Of a stretch of 34,938 nucleotides of DNA, positions 16,421 through 23,981 are shown in pieces. Each line of letters begins with the position of its first letter. Positions within the stretch are counted from its first letter, which is position 1. Under the pieces are notes generated by a model, which was given only the letters and a program-made list of their open reading frames with translations, searched no databases and was not told the DNA's origin. The DNA comes from Candidatus Saccharimonadota bacterium (GTDB lineage: Bacteria; Patescibacteriota; Saccharimonadia; Saccharimonadales; Saccharimonadaceae), in NCBI GenBank assembly GCA_030528815.1, contig JAUMYE010000001.1, positions 1 to 34,938 of the forward strand, read 5' to 3'. The position numbers and the translations under genes were made by a program.

Positions 16421-17679
16421 ATCTTTCTATTGTCTAATACTTCTTGGTAGATTTCCTCGAAGCGCTGCAAAGTGTAGCTAATGTCGTGCTTTTTGATATG
16501 CTCGAGCGCGTTCTTGGATAGCTTGTCTCTTAGGGCTTCGTTTCCTAAGATCTTCAAGATATTGCGAGCGACAGCGTCAACATCGTCGGCATTACAGAGA
16601 TAGCCTGTCCTTCCGTTCTTGACAAGTTCTGGGATTGCGCCTGCGCGAACCGCTACGGCAGGAACGCCACTAGCGAGGGCTTCCATCAAAACAATACTCT
16701 GAGTTTCGGTTTTTGATGTAATAGCAAACACGGTTCCTGTGCGGTAAATCTGTGGCAAATCTTCGCCAATCACGCGACCAAGGAAGTGAACGTGGTTTTT
16801 GGTCCCTTCTTTTTCGGCAAGAAGTTCGAGGTCATTTCTAGAAGCGCCATCACCAACCATTACGAGTTCTGCATTTGGATTCTTCTTGTGAACTTTTGTG
16901 AAAGCTTTAACAAGAACATCTAGACTCTTTTCTGGATCGATGCGGCCAACATAAAGAACGATTGGTTTGTTCTTTGGGATATCAAAGCGTTCATAAATAT
17001 CGTTCTTGGCTCTGCCGGTTCTAAAACGAGACAAATCAATACCGTTACTGAGAGCTTCTACTGGCACCTTGAAGTGCTTTTTCTTGCGCGGAATCAAATC
17101 TGAAACGGCCTGCTCGGTAGGCATTGTGCCGTACTCGCTACGCTTCAAGAAGCTTACGAAATACTTGTTCATGACGGAATCGATTGGCTTCTTTGCGAAA
17201 TGCGGCAGATGAAGCTGCTGCGTGAAGTTATCTGGATAGGCGTGATCGGTAGAAACTAGTGGGATATCATGCTTCTTTGCATAGCGGAAGACGGATAACG
17301 CAACTGGGCCAGGTGTCTGGTCGTGAATAATGTCTGGCTGGAAGCTATCAAGGAAGTTGCGGATTTCTGCGCCAGGCGTAAAGCTGACACGAAGGCCGTT
17401 TTTGTAGAAAATCTGAGGCATCTTGACGCCCAAGAATTCCTTGGCTTCTGGAATATTATTAATCTGGTCTGGGTAGAAAATAAGCTTTCTGGAGCTAAGA
17501 CGTACGACGCGAAAACCATATTCTTCGTCGCGTTCAATTTCGTAGTCCCCAGTAATGCTTGGTGCTAGCACGACAACGTCGTGTCCGCGTTTTTGCAGAC
17601 CGCCGGCAAGATTCCTAGAAAATTGCGCGACCCCGTTAATCATTGGGTAGTATAGGTCTGTAGAGATAACAACTTTCAT
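16417..17679 (-). CDS. Glycosyltransferase family 4 (GT-B, GT1 clan)
   Basis: The N-terminus MKVVISTDLYYPMINGVAQFSRNLAGGLQKRGHDVVVLAP and the C-terminal SKTETQSIVLMEALASGVPAVA (E-x7-E). Confidence 0.85.
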   Translation of the reverse strand: MKVVISTDLYYPMINGVAQFSRNLAGGLQKRGHDVVVLAPSITGDYEIERDEEYGFRVVRLSSRKLIFYPDQINNIPEAKEFLGVKMPQIFYKNGLRVSFTPGAEIRNFLDSFQPDIIHDQTPGPVALSVFRYAKKHDIPLVSTDHAYPDNFTQQLHLPHFAKKPIDSVMNKYFVSFLKRSEYGTMPTEQAVSDLIPRKKKHFKVPVEALSNGIDLSRFRTGRAKNDIYERFDIPKNKPIVLYVGRIDPEKSLDVLVKAFTKVHKKNPNAELVMVGDGASRNDLELLAEKEGTKNHVHFLGRVIGEDLPQIYRTGTVFAITSKTETQSIVLMEALASGVPAVAVRAGAIPELVKNGRTGYLCNADDVDAVARNILKILGNEALRDKLSKNALEHIKKHDISYTLQRFEEIYQEVLDNRKI

Positions 17680-17686
17680 TAAGTTA

Positions 17687-17695
17687 ATTTTACCA
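17687..17695 (-). promoter_or_regulatory. Extended -10 box (TGgTAAAAT) for GT4 gene, leaderless
   Basis: The reverse complement of 17687-17695 is TGGTAAAAT, 7 nt from the ATG at 17679. Confidence 0.5.
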
Positions 17696-17716
17696 CAGTC
17701 GCTTTACCCTTAAGCG

Positions 17717-17725
17717 TGCTAAACT
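17717..17725 (+). promoter_or_regulatory. Candidate extended -10 (TGcTAAACT) for GT32 gene
   Basis: It lies 9 nt upstream of the ATG at 17735 with no Shine-Dalgarno. The hexamer is weaker than the others. Confidence 0.35.
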
Positions 17726-17734
17726 TTAGATAGA

Positions 17735-18526
17735 ATGTCGATTCCTAAAAAGATCCACTATGTCTGGCTTGGCGACGCGCCTTTGCCAGAGAGTGACCAG
17801 AAATATATCGAGGGCTGGCAAAAGATGAACCCTGGTTTTGCGATTCATCATTGGTCCGAGAAAAATGTAGATATTACCAAATATCCCCTTGTCCAAAAAG
17901 CCTTGGACGAGAAACGTTGGGCGCTCGCTGCAGATGTAATTCGTATGATTGTTATGTATGACGAGGGTGGCATCTATCTTGATACGGATATCGAGCTATT
18001 GAAGCCACTGGATACTGAAATTGCTTTGCCGGATGGAGCAAAGAAGCTGACAGATTTTAACGCCTTCGCTTGTTGGGAATCGGATTTTTGGTTCACGACG
18101 GCCGCTTTTGGCGCCAAGGCGCATTCGCCTTGGATCGAGAAGATTTTGAAACGCTATGAGCTTGCAGATATAGAACAAAAAATCAGCACGGATACTTTCC
18201 TAAAAACCGTTCATAGCCCATCGGTTTATGCAAAAGATATATTTGGCTTGGAGCTTGATGGTCAAACCAGGAATTATAACGACGATTTGCTAACTTTGGC
18301 TTCAGATTATTTTTGTCCTAAGCATTACATGACGGGCGAACTCCATGTTACGGACAATACGATTGCGGTTCATCACTACGCTTCGACCTGGCATACAAAG
18401 GTAGAGAAGCTCAAAAACGAGTTCGCGAAAGAGAGCTACAAAACGCTCGGCGCAGAGAAGTATAAATTCTTCGAGAAGCGCTACAATGCAAGACTAGAGA
18501 AAGAGATTCGCAAGGAACTCCCCTAA
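17735..18526 (+). CDS. Glycosyltransferase with DXD sugar-binding region (GT32 / Gly_transf_sug-like)
   Basis: IPKKIHYVWLG...IEGWQKMNPGF..HHW and GGIYLDTDIELLKPL (DxD) match the capsular or mannosyl/inositol-phosphoceramide-type GT32 pattern. Confidence 0.8.
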   Translation: MSIPKKIHYVWLGDAPLPESDQKYIEGWQKMNPGFAIHHWSEKNVDITKYPLVQKALDEKRWALAADVIRMIVMYDEGGIYLDTDIELLKPLDTEIALPDGAKKLTDFNAFACWESDFWFTTAAFGAKAHSPWIEKILKRYELADIEQKISTDTFLKTVHSPSVYAKDIFGLELDGQTRNYNDDLLTLASDYFCPKHYMTGELHVTDNTIAVHHYASTWHTKVEKLKNEFAKESYKTLGAEKYKFFEKRYNARLEKEIRKELP

Positions 18527-18547
18527 ATTGACTAAATAGCCATTTTG

Positions 18548-18556
18548 TGGTATAAT
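18548..18556 (+). promoter_or_regulatory. Extended -10 box (TGgTATAAT) for membrane-protein gene 18618
   Basis: TGGTATAAT is followed by a leader of about 55 nt that ends in AAGGAGG 8 nt before the ATG. This gene is leadered. Confidence 0.45.
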
Positions 18557-18617
18557 ATACTATATTTTTGGCACCTTCACAAAATATCGTTTTGGTCACT
18601 ACAAGGAGGTAGATAAT

Positions 18618-19238
18618 ATGACCATCATCAGAACTCTCTCTTCTCATCCGTATCTGCTGCTCGCATTGTATTGGCTTTTCTGGCCGGGTACGATGTTTGC
18701 AGTGGCAGCCATCTTTGAATCTAGAAAGGTTCACCTTGGCAAAGGCCAGAGCCGCATGTTTATGCCTGGCGATTTTATGCTGGGTATTGCGGTTGTTACT
18801 TTTATTCGTCTCCATGCGGATAATCCGGTCCACTTCGAGCACATCAATGTGTATGGCGGCGCCTACTGGCTGCTTACGGGAATCGTCTTTGCGGTTTTGG
18901 CTTTTGTGATTCATCAGATTGATATCTCAAGATATCCTGTTGGCTCCAAGTATAGTCCGACAAAGATTGCGCACGACGTTTGCGGCTACTTCATTAGCTT
19001 CTGGCTGATTGCTGGGCTCGGACTGCCGCAGATTATCTTCACGATTCAGCATCCGGAAACCTTCAAACCTAATCTGGAACTCTGGGAAGTGTTCTTCTTT
19101 GCTGCTGGATTCTTTATCCTGATGACGATCTATGATCTGACTCATCCGGCTACGCAGGCAGATTTGCTTCTCATGCACCCCGATAAGTTTGAGCCTATCT
19201 GGAAGACAAGAAAAAACCGTGAGAGAAACGATATTTAA
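18618..19238 (+). CDS. Hypothetical polytopic membrane protein (about 5-6 TM)
   Basis: A strong AAGGAGG Shine-Dalgarno, hydrophobic helices throughout and its own terminator. I recognise no family. Confidence 0.7.
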   Translation: MTIIRTLSSHPYLLLALYWLFWPGTMFAVAAIFESRKVHLGKGQSRMFMPGDFMLGIAVVTFIRLHADNPVHFEHINVYGGAYWLLTGIVFAVLAFVIHQIDISRYPVGSKYSPTKIAHDVCGYFISFWLIAGLGLPQIIFTIQHPETFKPNLELWEVFFFAAGFFILMTIYDLTHPATQADLLLMHPDKFEPIWKTRKNRERNDI

Positions 19239-19246
19239 TCTCATTT

Positions 19247-19275
19247 ATCCCCGCGCCTTTGGCCGGGGATTTTTC
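19247..19275 (+). terminator. Rho-independent terminator
   Basis: The ATCCCCG...CGGGGAT stem is followed by TTTTCT, 9 nt after the stop at 19238. Confidence 0.75.
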
Positions 19276-19286
19276 TCCCTTGAATG

Positions 19287-19295
19287 TGTTAAAAT
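19287..19295 (+). promoter_or_regulatory. Extended -10 box (TGtTAAAAT) for smpB, leaderless
   Basis: It lies 7 nt upstream of the ATG at 19303. The tracked ORF start at 19189 would lie before the terminator and this promoter. Confidence 0.5.
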
Positions 19296-19302
19296 ATACC
19301 TT

Positions 19303-19722
19303 ATGAAAAAGGTTAAGAAACCGGCTACGACCGTCGTAAACCGACGCGCCCATTTTGACTACCAACTCGGCGAAAAGCTCGAGGTGGGTATGGTTTTGAC
19401 TGGCCCGCAGGTTCGCTTAGTTCGCGATCGTCATGCTCAGCTCAAGGGCACTTATGTTACGATTCGTAACCACGAGCTTTGGCTTCTTAATCTTACGCTT
19501 GGCTCAGATACTGTCGAGAGAATTAAGCTTCTTGCTACAAAGAAGCAGATTGCTAGCCTTGAGCGCGAAAAGAAAGAAGGTTCGACTATTGTTCCTGTCG
19601 AGCTGTATCCATTCAAGCGCCACATTAAGCTAGCTATTGCTATTGGTAAGGGTAAAAAGGCTTTCGATAAGCGTCAGACTATCAAGGGTCGCGACCTCGA
19701 CCGCGAAGGCAAACGCTTCTAA
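19303..19722 (+). CDS. smpB: SsrA-binding protein SmpB
   Basis: VVNRRAHFDYQLGEKLEVGMVLTGPQV, KLLATKKQIASL, IVPVELY and AIAIGKGKKAFDKRQTIKGRDLDRE match the SmpB pattern. I set the start at Met39 of the tracked ORF. Confidence 0.9.
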   Translation: MKKVKKPATTVVNRRAHFDYQLGEKLEVGMVLTGPQVRLVRDRHAQLKGTYVTIRNHELWLLNLTLGSDTVERIKLLATKKQIASLEREKKEGSTIVPVELYPFKRHIKLAIAIGKGKKAFDKRQTIKGRDLDREGKRF

Positions 19723-19813
19723 CATAATTCTCCCGAGGGGGTAGTACCCTTATATTTTTTAGACTGTTCTTTGTCTGAAGATATAAGGGTACTACCCCTG
19801 GTCGAATTATGTT
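19721..19813. repeat. Long inverted repeat / stem-loop between smpB and aspS
   Basis: The perfect 18-bp arms are GGGGTAGTACCCTTATAT (19737-19754) and ATATAAGGGTACTACCCC (19781-19798), separated by a 26-nt loop. The outer 10-bp arms are AACATAATTC (19721-19730) and GAATTATGTT (19804-19813). These overlap the smpB stop codon and the aspS -10 box. Confidence 0.85.
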
Positions 19814-19818
19814 ATAAT
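19810..19818 (+). promoter_or_regulatory. Extended -10 box (TGtTATAAT) for aspS, leaderless
   Basis: TGTTATAAT ends 8 nt before the ATG at 19827. The alternative ATG at 19821 is only 2 nt after the box and so probably lies upstream of the transcription start. Confidence 0.5.
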
Positions 19819-19826
19819 ATATGATT

Positions 19827-21599
19827 ATGAGAACATTAGCGAAAGAATTAAACAGCAAATCCGGAAAAGTTAACTTGGCCGGCTGGGTAAATTCTCGCCG
19901 CGATCATGGCGGTCTTATTTTTATTGACCTTCGCGATCACACTGGCATTATCCAGCTCGTTATCGATCCGAATACCGCTAATGCGTTCAAACTTGCAGAA
20001 AGTCTTCGTGACGAATATGTCATCAAAGCTACAGGTACGGTTCGCAAACGCGGTGCCGGCCTCGAAAATCCAAACATCCCAACTGGCGACATCGAGGTTG
20101 TTGTCGAAGATATGGAGCTCCTCAACAAGAGTGAAGCTCTTCCAGTAAATGTCCATGACGAAGGTCAGCAAACTGGCGAAGATCTCCGTCTCAAGTATCG
20201 TTACTTGGACCTACGCCGCCCAAGCATGCAGAAGCGTATTACTCGCCGTTCCGAGTACTATCGTTTCATGCGTGAGTATATGCACGAGAAGGAATTTATC
20301 GAAGTAACAACTCCAATCTTGGCAAACTCTAGCCCGGAAGGCGCTCGCGACTTCCTAATCCCATCTCGTCTACATCCAGGCAAGTTCTATGCTTTGCCTC
20401 AGGCTCCACAGCAGTTCAAGCAGCTTTTGATGGTTGGCGGCATTCCTCGCTACTATCAGATTGCGCCATGTTTCCGCGATGAGGATCCACGCGCAGACCG
20501 TCTTTATGGCGAATTCTACCAGCTCGACTGCGAGATGGCTTTCGTCGACGATGGTGAAGTTGTTCGCAAGGAAATGGAACCTCTTATCAAGGGTCTAGTC
20601 AAAGATTTTGCAGGCAAGAAACTTCTATCTGAAGATATTCCACGCATTCCATATCAGGAATCTATGGAGAAATATGGCTGCGATAAGCCAGATCTTCGCT
20701 ACGGCATGGAGCTCATTGAGCTCACTGAAGAGTTGAGGGGTACAGAATTTTCCGTCTTTGCAAAGGCGGAATGCGTCAAAGCTATCTGCGTTAAAGGTGG
20801 CGCAGATCTATCTCGCAAGCAAATCGACAACTTCACCGAACAGGCTCGTAAGCTTGGTGCAGGTGGTCTAGCTTACCTAACTTATACCGACGAAGGTATT
20901 AAGTCTCCAATCGCTAAGTTCATGAGCGAAAAAGAGCTCGATGCTATTACGAAGAAAACTGGTGCCAAGGCTGGCGATGCCGTCTTCTTTGGTGCAGACA
21001 AACGCGATAAGGTAAACAAGGTTCTTGGCGCACTACGCATCTCCTTCGCAGATCACTTTGGTCTCAAGGATCCAAACGTAGTTGCTCTCTGTTGGATTGT
21101 TGACTTCCCATTCTACGAGTGGGACGACAAGAACAAGAAGCTAGACTTTGGTCATAACCCATTCTCGATGCCAAAAGGCGGCCTAGAAGCACTCCGCGCG
21201 GCAAAGACTGATGAAGAACGCCTAGCTATCGTTGCTGATCAGTACGACATGGTTATGAACGGCTACGAAATCTGCTCCGGTGCAGTTCGCAACCACAACC
21301 CAGATGTCATGTACGAAGTCTTTGGTATTCTTGGCTACGACAAGAAATATGTCGAATCTCGCTTCGGCGGTATGCTAAACGCCTTCAAGTATGGCGCTCC
21401 GCCACACGCAGGCTGTGCATATGGTATCGACCGTATGTTCATGGAGCTCGAGAACTTCGATAACATTCGCGAAATTGTTGCCTTCCCTAAGAACGGCTCT
21501 GGTATGGATCTAATGATGGATTCTCCATCAACTGTCGACGATTATCAGCTCAAAGAATTGAGTATCGAAATCGCCAAAGAAGAAATCGACCTCAACTAA
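19827..21599 (+). CDS. aspS: Aspartate--tRNA ligase (bacterial type)
   Basis: GWVNSRRDHGGLIFIDLRDHTGIIQLV (OB-fold anticodon-binding domain), FYALPQAPQQFKQLLMV, YYQIAPCFRDEDPRADR (class II motif 2) and GAPPHAGCAYGIDRM (motif 3). The bacterial insertion domain is present. An alternative start two codons upstream is at 19821. Confidence 0.95.
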   Translation: MRTLAKELNSKSGKVNLAGWVNSRRDHGGLIFIDLRDHTGIIQLVIDPNTANAFKLAESLRDEYVIKATGTVRKRGAGLENPNIPTGDIEVVVEDMELLNKSEALPVNVHDEGQQTGEDLRLKYRYLDLRRPSMQKRITRRSEYYRFMREYMHEKEFIEVTTPILANSSPEGARDFLIPSRLHPGKFYALPQAPQQFKQLLMVGGIPRYYQIAPCFRDEDPRADRLYGEFYQLDCEMAFVDDGEVVRKEMEPLIKGLVKDFAGKKLLSEDIPRIPYQESMEKYGCDKPDLRYGMELIELTEELRGTEFSVFAKAECVKAICVKGGADLSRKQIDNFTEQARKLGAGGLAYLTYTDEGIKSPIAKFMSEKELDAITKKTGAKAGDAVFFGADKRDKVNKVLGALRISFADHFGLKDPNVVALCWIVDFPFYEWDDKNKKLDFGHNPFSMPKGGLEALRAAKTDEERLAIVADQYDMVMNGYEICSGAVRNHNPDVMYEVFGILGYDKKYVESRFGGMLNAFKYGAPPHAGCAYGIDRMFMELENFDNIREIVAFPKNGSGMDLMMDSPSTVDDYQLKELSIEIAKEEIDLN

Positions 21600-21631
21600 A
21601 AAAATCCCCTCAAAAACGAGGGGATTTTTTG
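21598..21631 (+). terminator. Rho-independent terminator of aspS
   Basis: AAAATCCCCTC / GAGGGGATTTT stem with a 6-nt loop and a TTTTTT tail. Confidence 0.85.
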
Positions 21632-21660
21632 TGCGCTCTATAAAATCATGAGTCTTAGCA

Positions 21661-21669
21661 TGATAAAAT
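21661..21669 (+). promoter_or_regulatory. Extended -10 box (TGaTAAAAT), leaderless start at 21677
   Basis: It lies 7 nt upstream of the ATG with no Shine-Dalgarno. Confidence 0.5.
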
Positions 21670-21676
21670 AAACATT

Positions 21677-22297
21677 ATGAAAGCACGCAGATGGCTACTA
21701 GTTTTTATGGCGTTTTTGGCAGTATCTTCGCTCGCCTCTTTTAGCTATCAATTTACAGCTTTTGCGACTAACGAATCAGTAGAAGAGAAGCCAGACGAAA
21801 ACTCTAAGAATAATTTGGCGACCAATGAAGGCAATCAAGTCTCTGAGGAGCTTGAAATAGAAGAAATCTATAACCGTATCTCGCAGAACTGCTCTAGTAT
21901 CAAGCTTCAGCTCGAACGCGTGCAGAAAGAGGATTCCAGAAACCGTGTTTATCTTGGTGCGCAGTTTGAAATCGTTTCCACAGACTTGATGCAAAATCTA
22001 AATCTACGTCTCGTCAAAAACAATATGGCCAAGGCTGAACTTAGTGAACAACAGACCAGCTTTGCTAGTGAGCGCGAATACTTCAAAAACGAATTTATCG
22101 CTTATTCAAAAGAACTTGAAAAGCTAATCGCAATCAATTGTAAAGAAAAACCAGAAGATTTCTATAATCAATTAGTTTATGTTCGCGAAAAGCGCGCTGA
22201 AGTAAACAAGAGCGTGCATCGCCTACGTGCTACTATTGACGAGCATCGCAAATCTGTCGAATCTTATCTAAAGGAGCTCTATGATACTAAAAAATAG
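21677..22297 (+). CDS. Hypothetical secreted coiled-coil protein
   Basis: A signal-peptide-like N-terminus (MKARRWLLVFMAFLAVSSLASFSYQFTAFA). The rest is charged and heptad-like (LQLERVQKE..., ELEKLIA...). I recognise no family. Confidence 0.65.
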   Translation: MKARRWLLVFMAFLAVSSLASFSYQFTAFATNESVEEKPDENSKNNLATNEGNQVSEELEIEEIYNRISQNCSSIKLQLERVQKEDSRNRVYLGAQFEIVSTDLMQNLNLRLVKNNMAKAELSEQQTSFASEREYFKNEFIAYSKELEKLIAINCKEKPEDFYNQLVYVREKRAEVNKSVHRLRATIDEHRKSVESYLKELYDTKK

Positions 22298-22661
22298 AGA
22301 AAAGAAAGAGAAAGAAAAAGACGAAGAGCCGTTTTTGAAAAGCGGTGGTCGCAATCTTCTGATTCTTACAGGCGTCTGCGTAGTAGCTGCAATTGTTACT
22401 ACATCGATCAGCTTGTATATCTACCGAAAAACCGGCGACGTTTATCTTGATCGCTCTCGTCCTGGCTATATTTCCGAAGATGAAGGAAATGGTGAAGAAA
22501 GAACTGCAAAGCCAGAATTCGATGATGATGGGCCTATCAATGAAGAACAGCTTGACCTGTATCTAAAAGATCTAGATACTGCCAAAAAGCATATCGACGA
22601 ATCAAAGGATGGCTTCTCGTCAAACGCTTTGTCTAATAGCTCGCTAGGTATTGGAAAATAA
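22281..22661 (+). CDS. Hypothetical single-pass membrane protein
   Basis: AAGGAG lies 4-5 nt upstream inside the preceding gene, and a 17-nt overlap couples the two translationally. It has a basic/acidic tail, the TM LLILTGVCVVAAIVTTSISLYIY and an acidic ectodomain. Confidence 0.6.
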   Translation: MILKNREKKEKEKDEEPFLKSGGRNLLILTGVCVVAAIVTTSISLYIYRKTGDVYLDRSRPGYISEDEGNGEERTAKPEFDDDGPINEEQLDLYLKDLDTAKKHIDESKDGFSSNALSNSSLGIGK

Positions 22662-22691
22662 AAAAGACGCTCTTCGCGGAGCGCCTTTTTG
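22660..22691. terminator. Bidirectional terminator between convergent genes
   Basis: CGCTC-TTCGCG-GAGCG core flanked by an A-run and a T-run. It serves the gene ending at 22661 on the plus strand and murC on the minus strand. Confidence 0.7.
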
Positions 22692-22692
22692 T

Positions 22693-23910
22693 TTATTCTG
22701 AGAATACTCTTCTTAGCCAAGTGTCGGCTGGCCCTGCTGTTAGTAGGATAATTAGCCAATTATCTCTATGGAGCTGCTTTAGTTTTTCTGCTAGCTCGTC
22801 GTTAGCTTCGGCTGCTTCTGCTACCTCTGGGTTCTGAAGCTCGGAAATCAAATCTTCTGGTGTTAGAACGGTAAGGTCTGGATTCTCGCGAACAAGATAG
22901 GTAGGAAGCCAGAATACTTTATCTGCGGCCAAGAAAGCATCTTTGTATTCGTGCTTAATCTCGTGTTGGCGAACGTTCTGATGTGGTTGGTAAACCGCTG
23001 CAACGCCGGCGAGATTGTCTCTTTCGCAGAGTTCTTTTGCCATCTCGAGAGTTGCCTTGATTTCTTGTGGGTGATGGCCGTAGTCGGTATAAACGCCATC
23101 TGCAATTCGTTCAAATCGCCTACCAGTGCCAGGGAAGCGATTAAGAACCTCAATTAAATCCTCTTCAGAAACATTTGGCAAAGCTTTTAGAATCGTCTCC
23201 ATAGCAATGCTTGCGTCTTTTCTGCGGAGCTCGCCAATAAGATTAATTCTAGAATCAACCGTTGTGTTTTCTACAACATTTGCACTTTGTGAGCGGAATT
23301 GATCGAAGGCGGCTAAATAATCTTCGCGTGTTGGGTAGATGTCTGGATGATCGTAATCTACGGTTGTAATCGCGGCAACATAAGGATGGTAGGCTAGGAA
23401 GTTCCTATCGTATTCGTCTGCTTCGTAAATAAAGAATTCGGAATCGTTATCAAAATGGCCACTATTAGCCCAAGGAAGGGTTGTACCAACAAGATAGGAA
23501 ACAGGAATGCCAAGCTGAGAAAAAGCCCAAATTAGCATAGAGACTGTTGTGGTCTTGCCGTGCGTGCCAGCAACCGCAATCATCTTAAGATTTTTCTGCT
23601 CAACTAAGTCTGCCAAGAATGCATCGCGCTTACTGGTTTTAATCCCAAGGTCACGCGCTAGAACTAATTCTGGATGATCTTTTGGAAGCGCTGACGTATA
23701 GACGAACCAATCAATTGGCGCCTCGTCCTGGCATTGCTTCAAAAAACTGCCATCCTGGTTGTAAGAAACGGGAATCTTGCGCTCTTCGAGCTCCTTTGCG
23801 ACGGCGCCTGCCTGCAAATCCGAACCGCAGACTTCATAACCTGCATCTTGTGCAAGCTCGGCGAGCGGGCCAATGCCTGTGCCGCTAATACCGGAAAAAT
23901 AAACCTTCAT
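22693..23910 (-). CDS. murC: Mur ligase, most like UDP-N-acetylmuramate--L-alanine ligase (MurC)
   Basis: VYFSGISGTGIGPLAELAQDAGYEVCGSDL (MurC-type Rossmann N-terminus), AVAGTHGKTTTVSML (P-loop) and DYGHHPQEI (MurC-type C-terminal motif). At 405 aa it is shorter than typical MurC. Confidence 0.72.
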   Translation of the reverse strand: MKVYFSGISGTGIGPLAELAQDAGYEVCGSDLQAGAVAKELEERKIPVSYNQDGSFLKQCQDEAPIDWFVYTSALPKDHPELVLARDLGIKTSKRDAFLADLVEQKNLKMIAVAGTHGKTTTVSMLIWAFSQLGIPVSYLVGTTLPWANSGHFDNDSEFFIYEADEYDRNFLAYHPYVAAITTVDYDHPDIYPTREDYLAAFDQFRSQSANVVENTTVDSRINLIGELRRKDASIAMETILKALPNVSEEDLIEVLNRFPGTGRRFERIADGVYTDYGHHPQEIKATLEMAKELCERDNLAGVAAVYQPHQNVRQHEIKHEYKDAFLAADKVFWLPTYLVRENPDLTVLTPEDLISELQNPEVAEAAEANDELAEKLKQLHRDNWLIILLTAGPADTWLRRVFSE

Positions 23911-23916
23911 AACCTA

Positions 23917-23925
23917 ATTGTATCA
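23917..23925 (-). promoter_or_regulatory. Extended -10 box (TGaTACAAT) for murC, leaderless
   Basis: The reverse complement of 23917-23925 is TGATACAAT, 6 nt from the ATG at 23910. Confidence 0.5.
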
Positions 23926-23962
23926 TCGAGAGAGACGGGCTTAAAAATAGAATTTTTGCTTA

Positions 23963-23971
23963 TGATATAAT
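23963..23971 (+). promoter_or_regulatory. Extended -10 box (TGaTATAAT), near-leaderless start at 23982
   Basis: It lies 10 nt upstream of the ATG with no Shine-Dalgarno. Confidence 0.5.
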
Positions 23972-23981
23972 TTATATAGCT

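Noticed and set aside
18411-18914. 167-aa minus-strand ORF, plus other antisense ORFs in the track (for example 460-717, 898-1137, 10071-10520, 14664-15005, 18927-19244, 19848-20171, 22466-22759, 30652-30978, 32236-32571)
   Set aside because: All lie antisense within, or across the ends of, much longer ORFs that have clear family motifs. They lack promoter or SD signals and have low-complexity or odd composition. They are shadow ORFs.
19787-19806. An 11-nt match TACTACCCCTG (19790-19800) to 31086-31096 inside the candidate sORF, as evidence of a repeat family
   Set aside because: There are only two copies, the match is short, the surrounding sequence does not align and the order of neighbouring motifs differs. 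I cannot distinguish it from chance without a genome-wide search.
19723-19826. tmRNA (ssrA) next to smpB, a T-box leader for aspS, or SRP RNA
   Set aside because: The gap is only about 100 nt, whereas tmRNA is about 350 nt and T-box leaders exceed 200 nt. It has no tRNA-like acceptor/TpsiC arm, no T-box specifier or T-box sequence, and no SRP domain IV GNRA/symmetric-loop motifs.
722-22297. Four ORFs of exactly 621 nt / 206 aa (722-1342, 10561-11181, 18618-19238, 21677-22297)
   Set aside because: The four proteins share no visible sequence similarity and have different topologies. I treat this as coincidence, not a paralogous family or an inserted signal.
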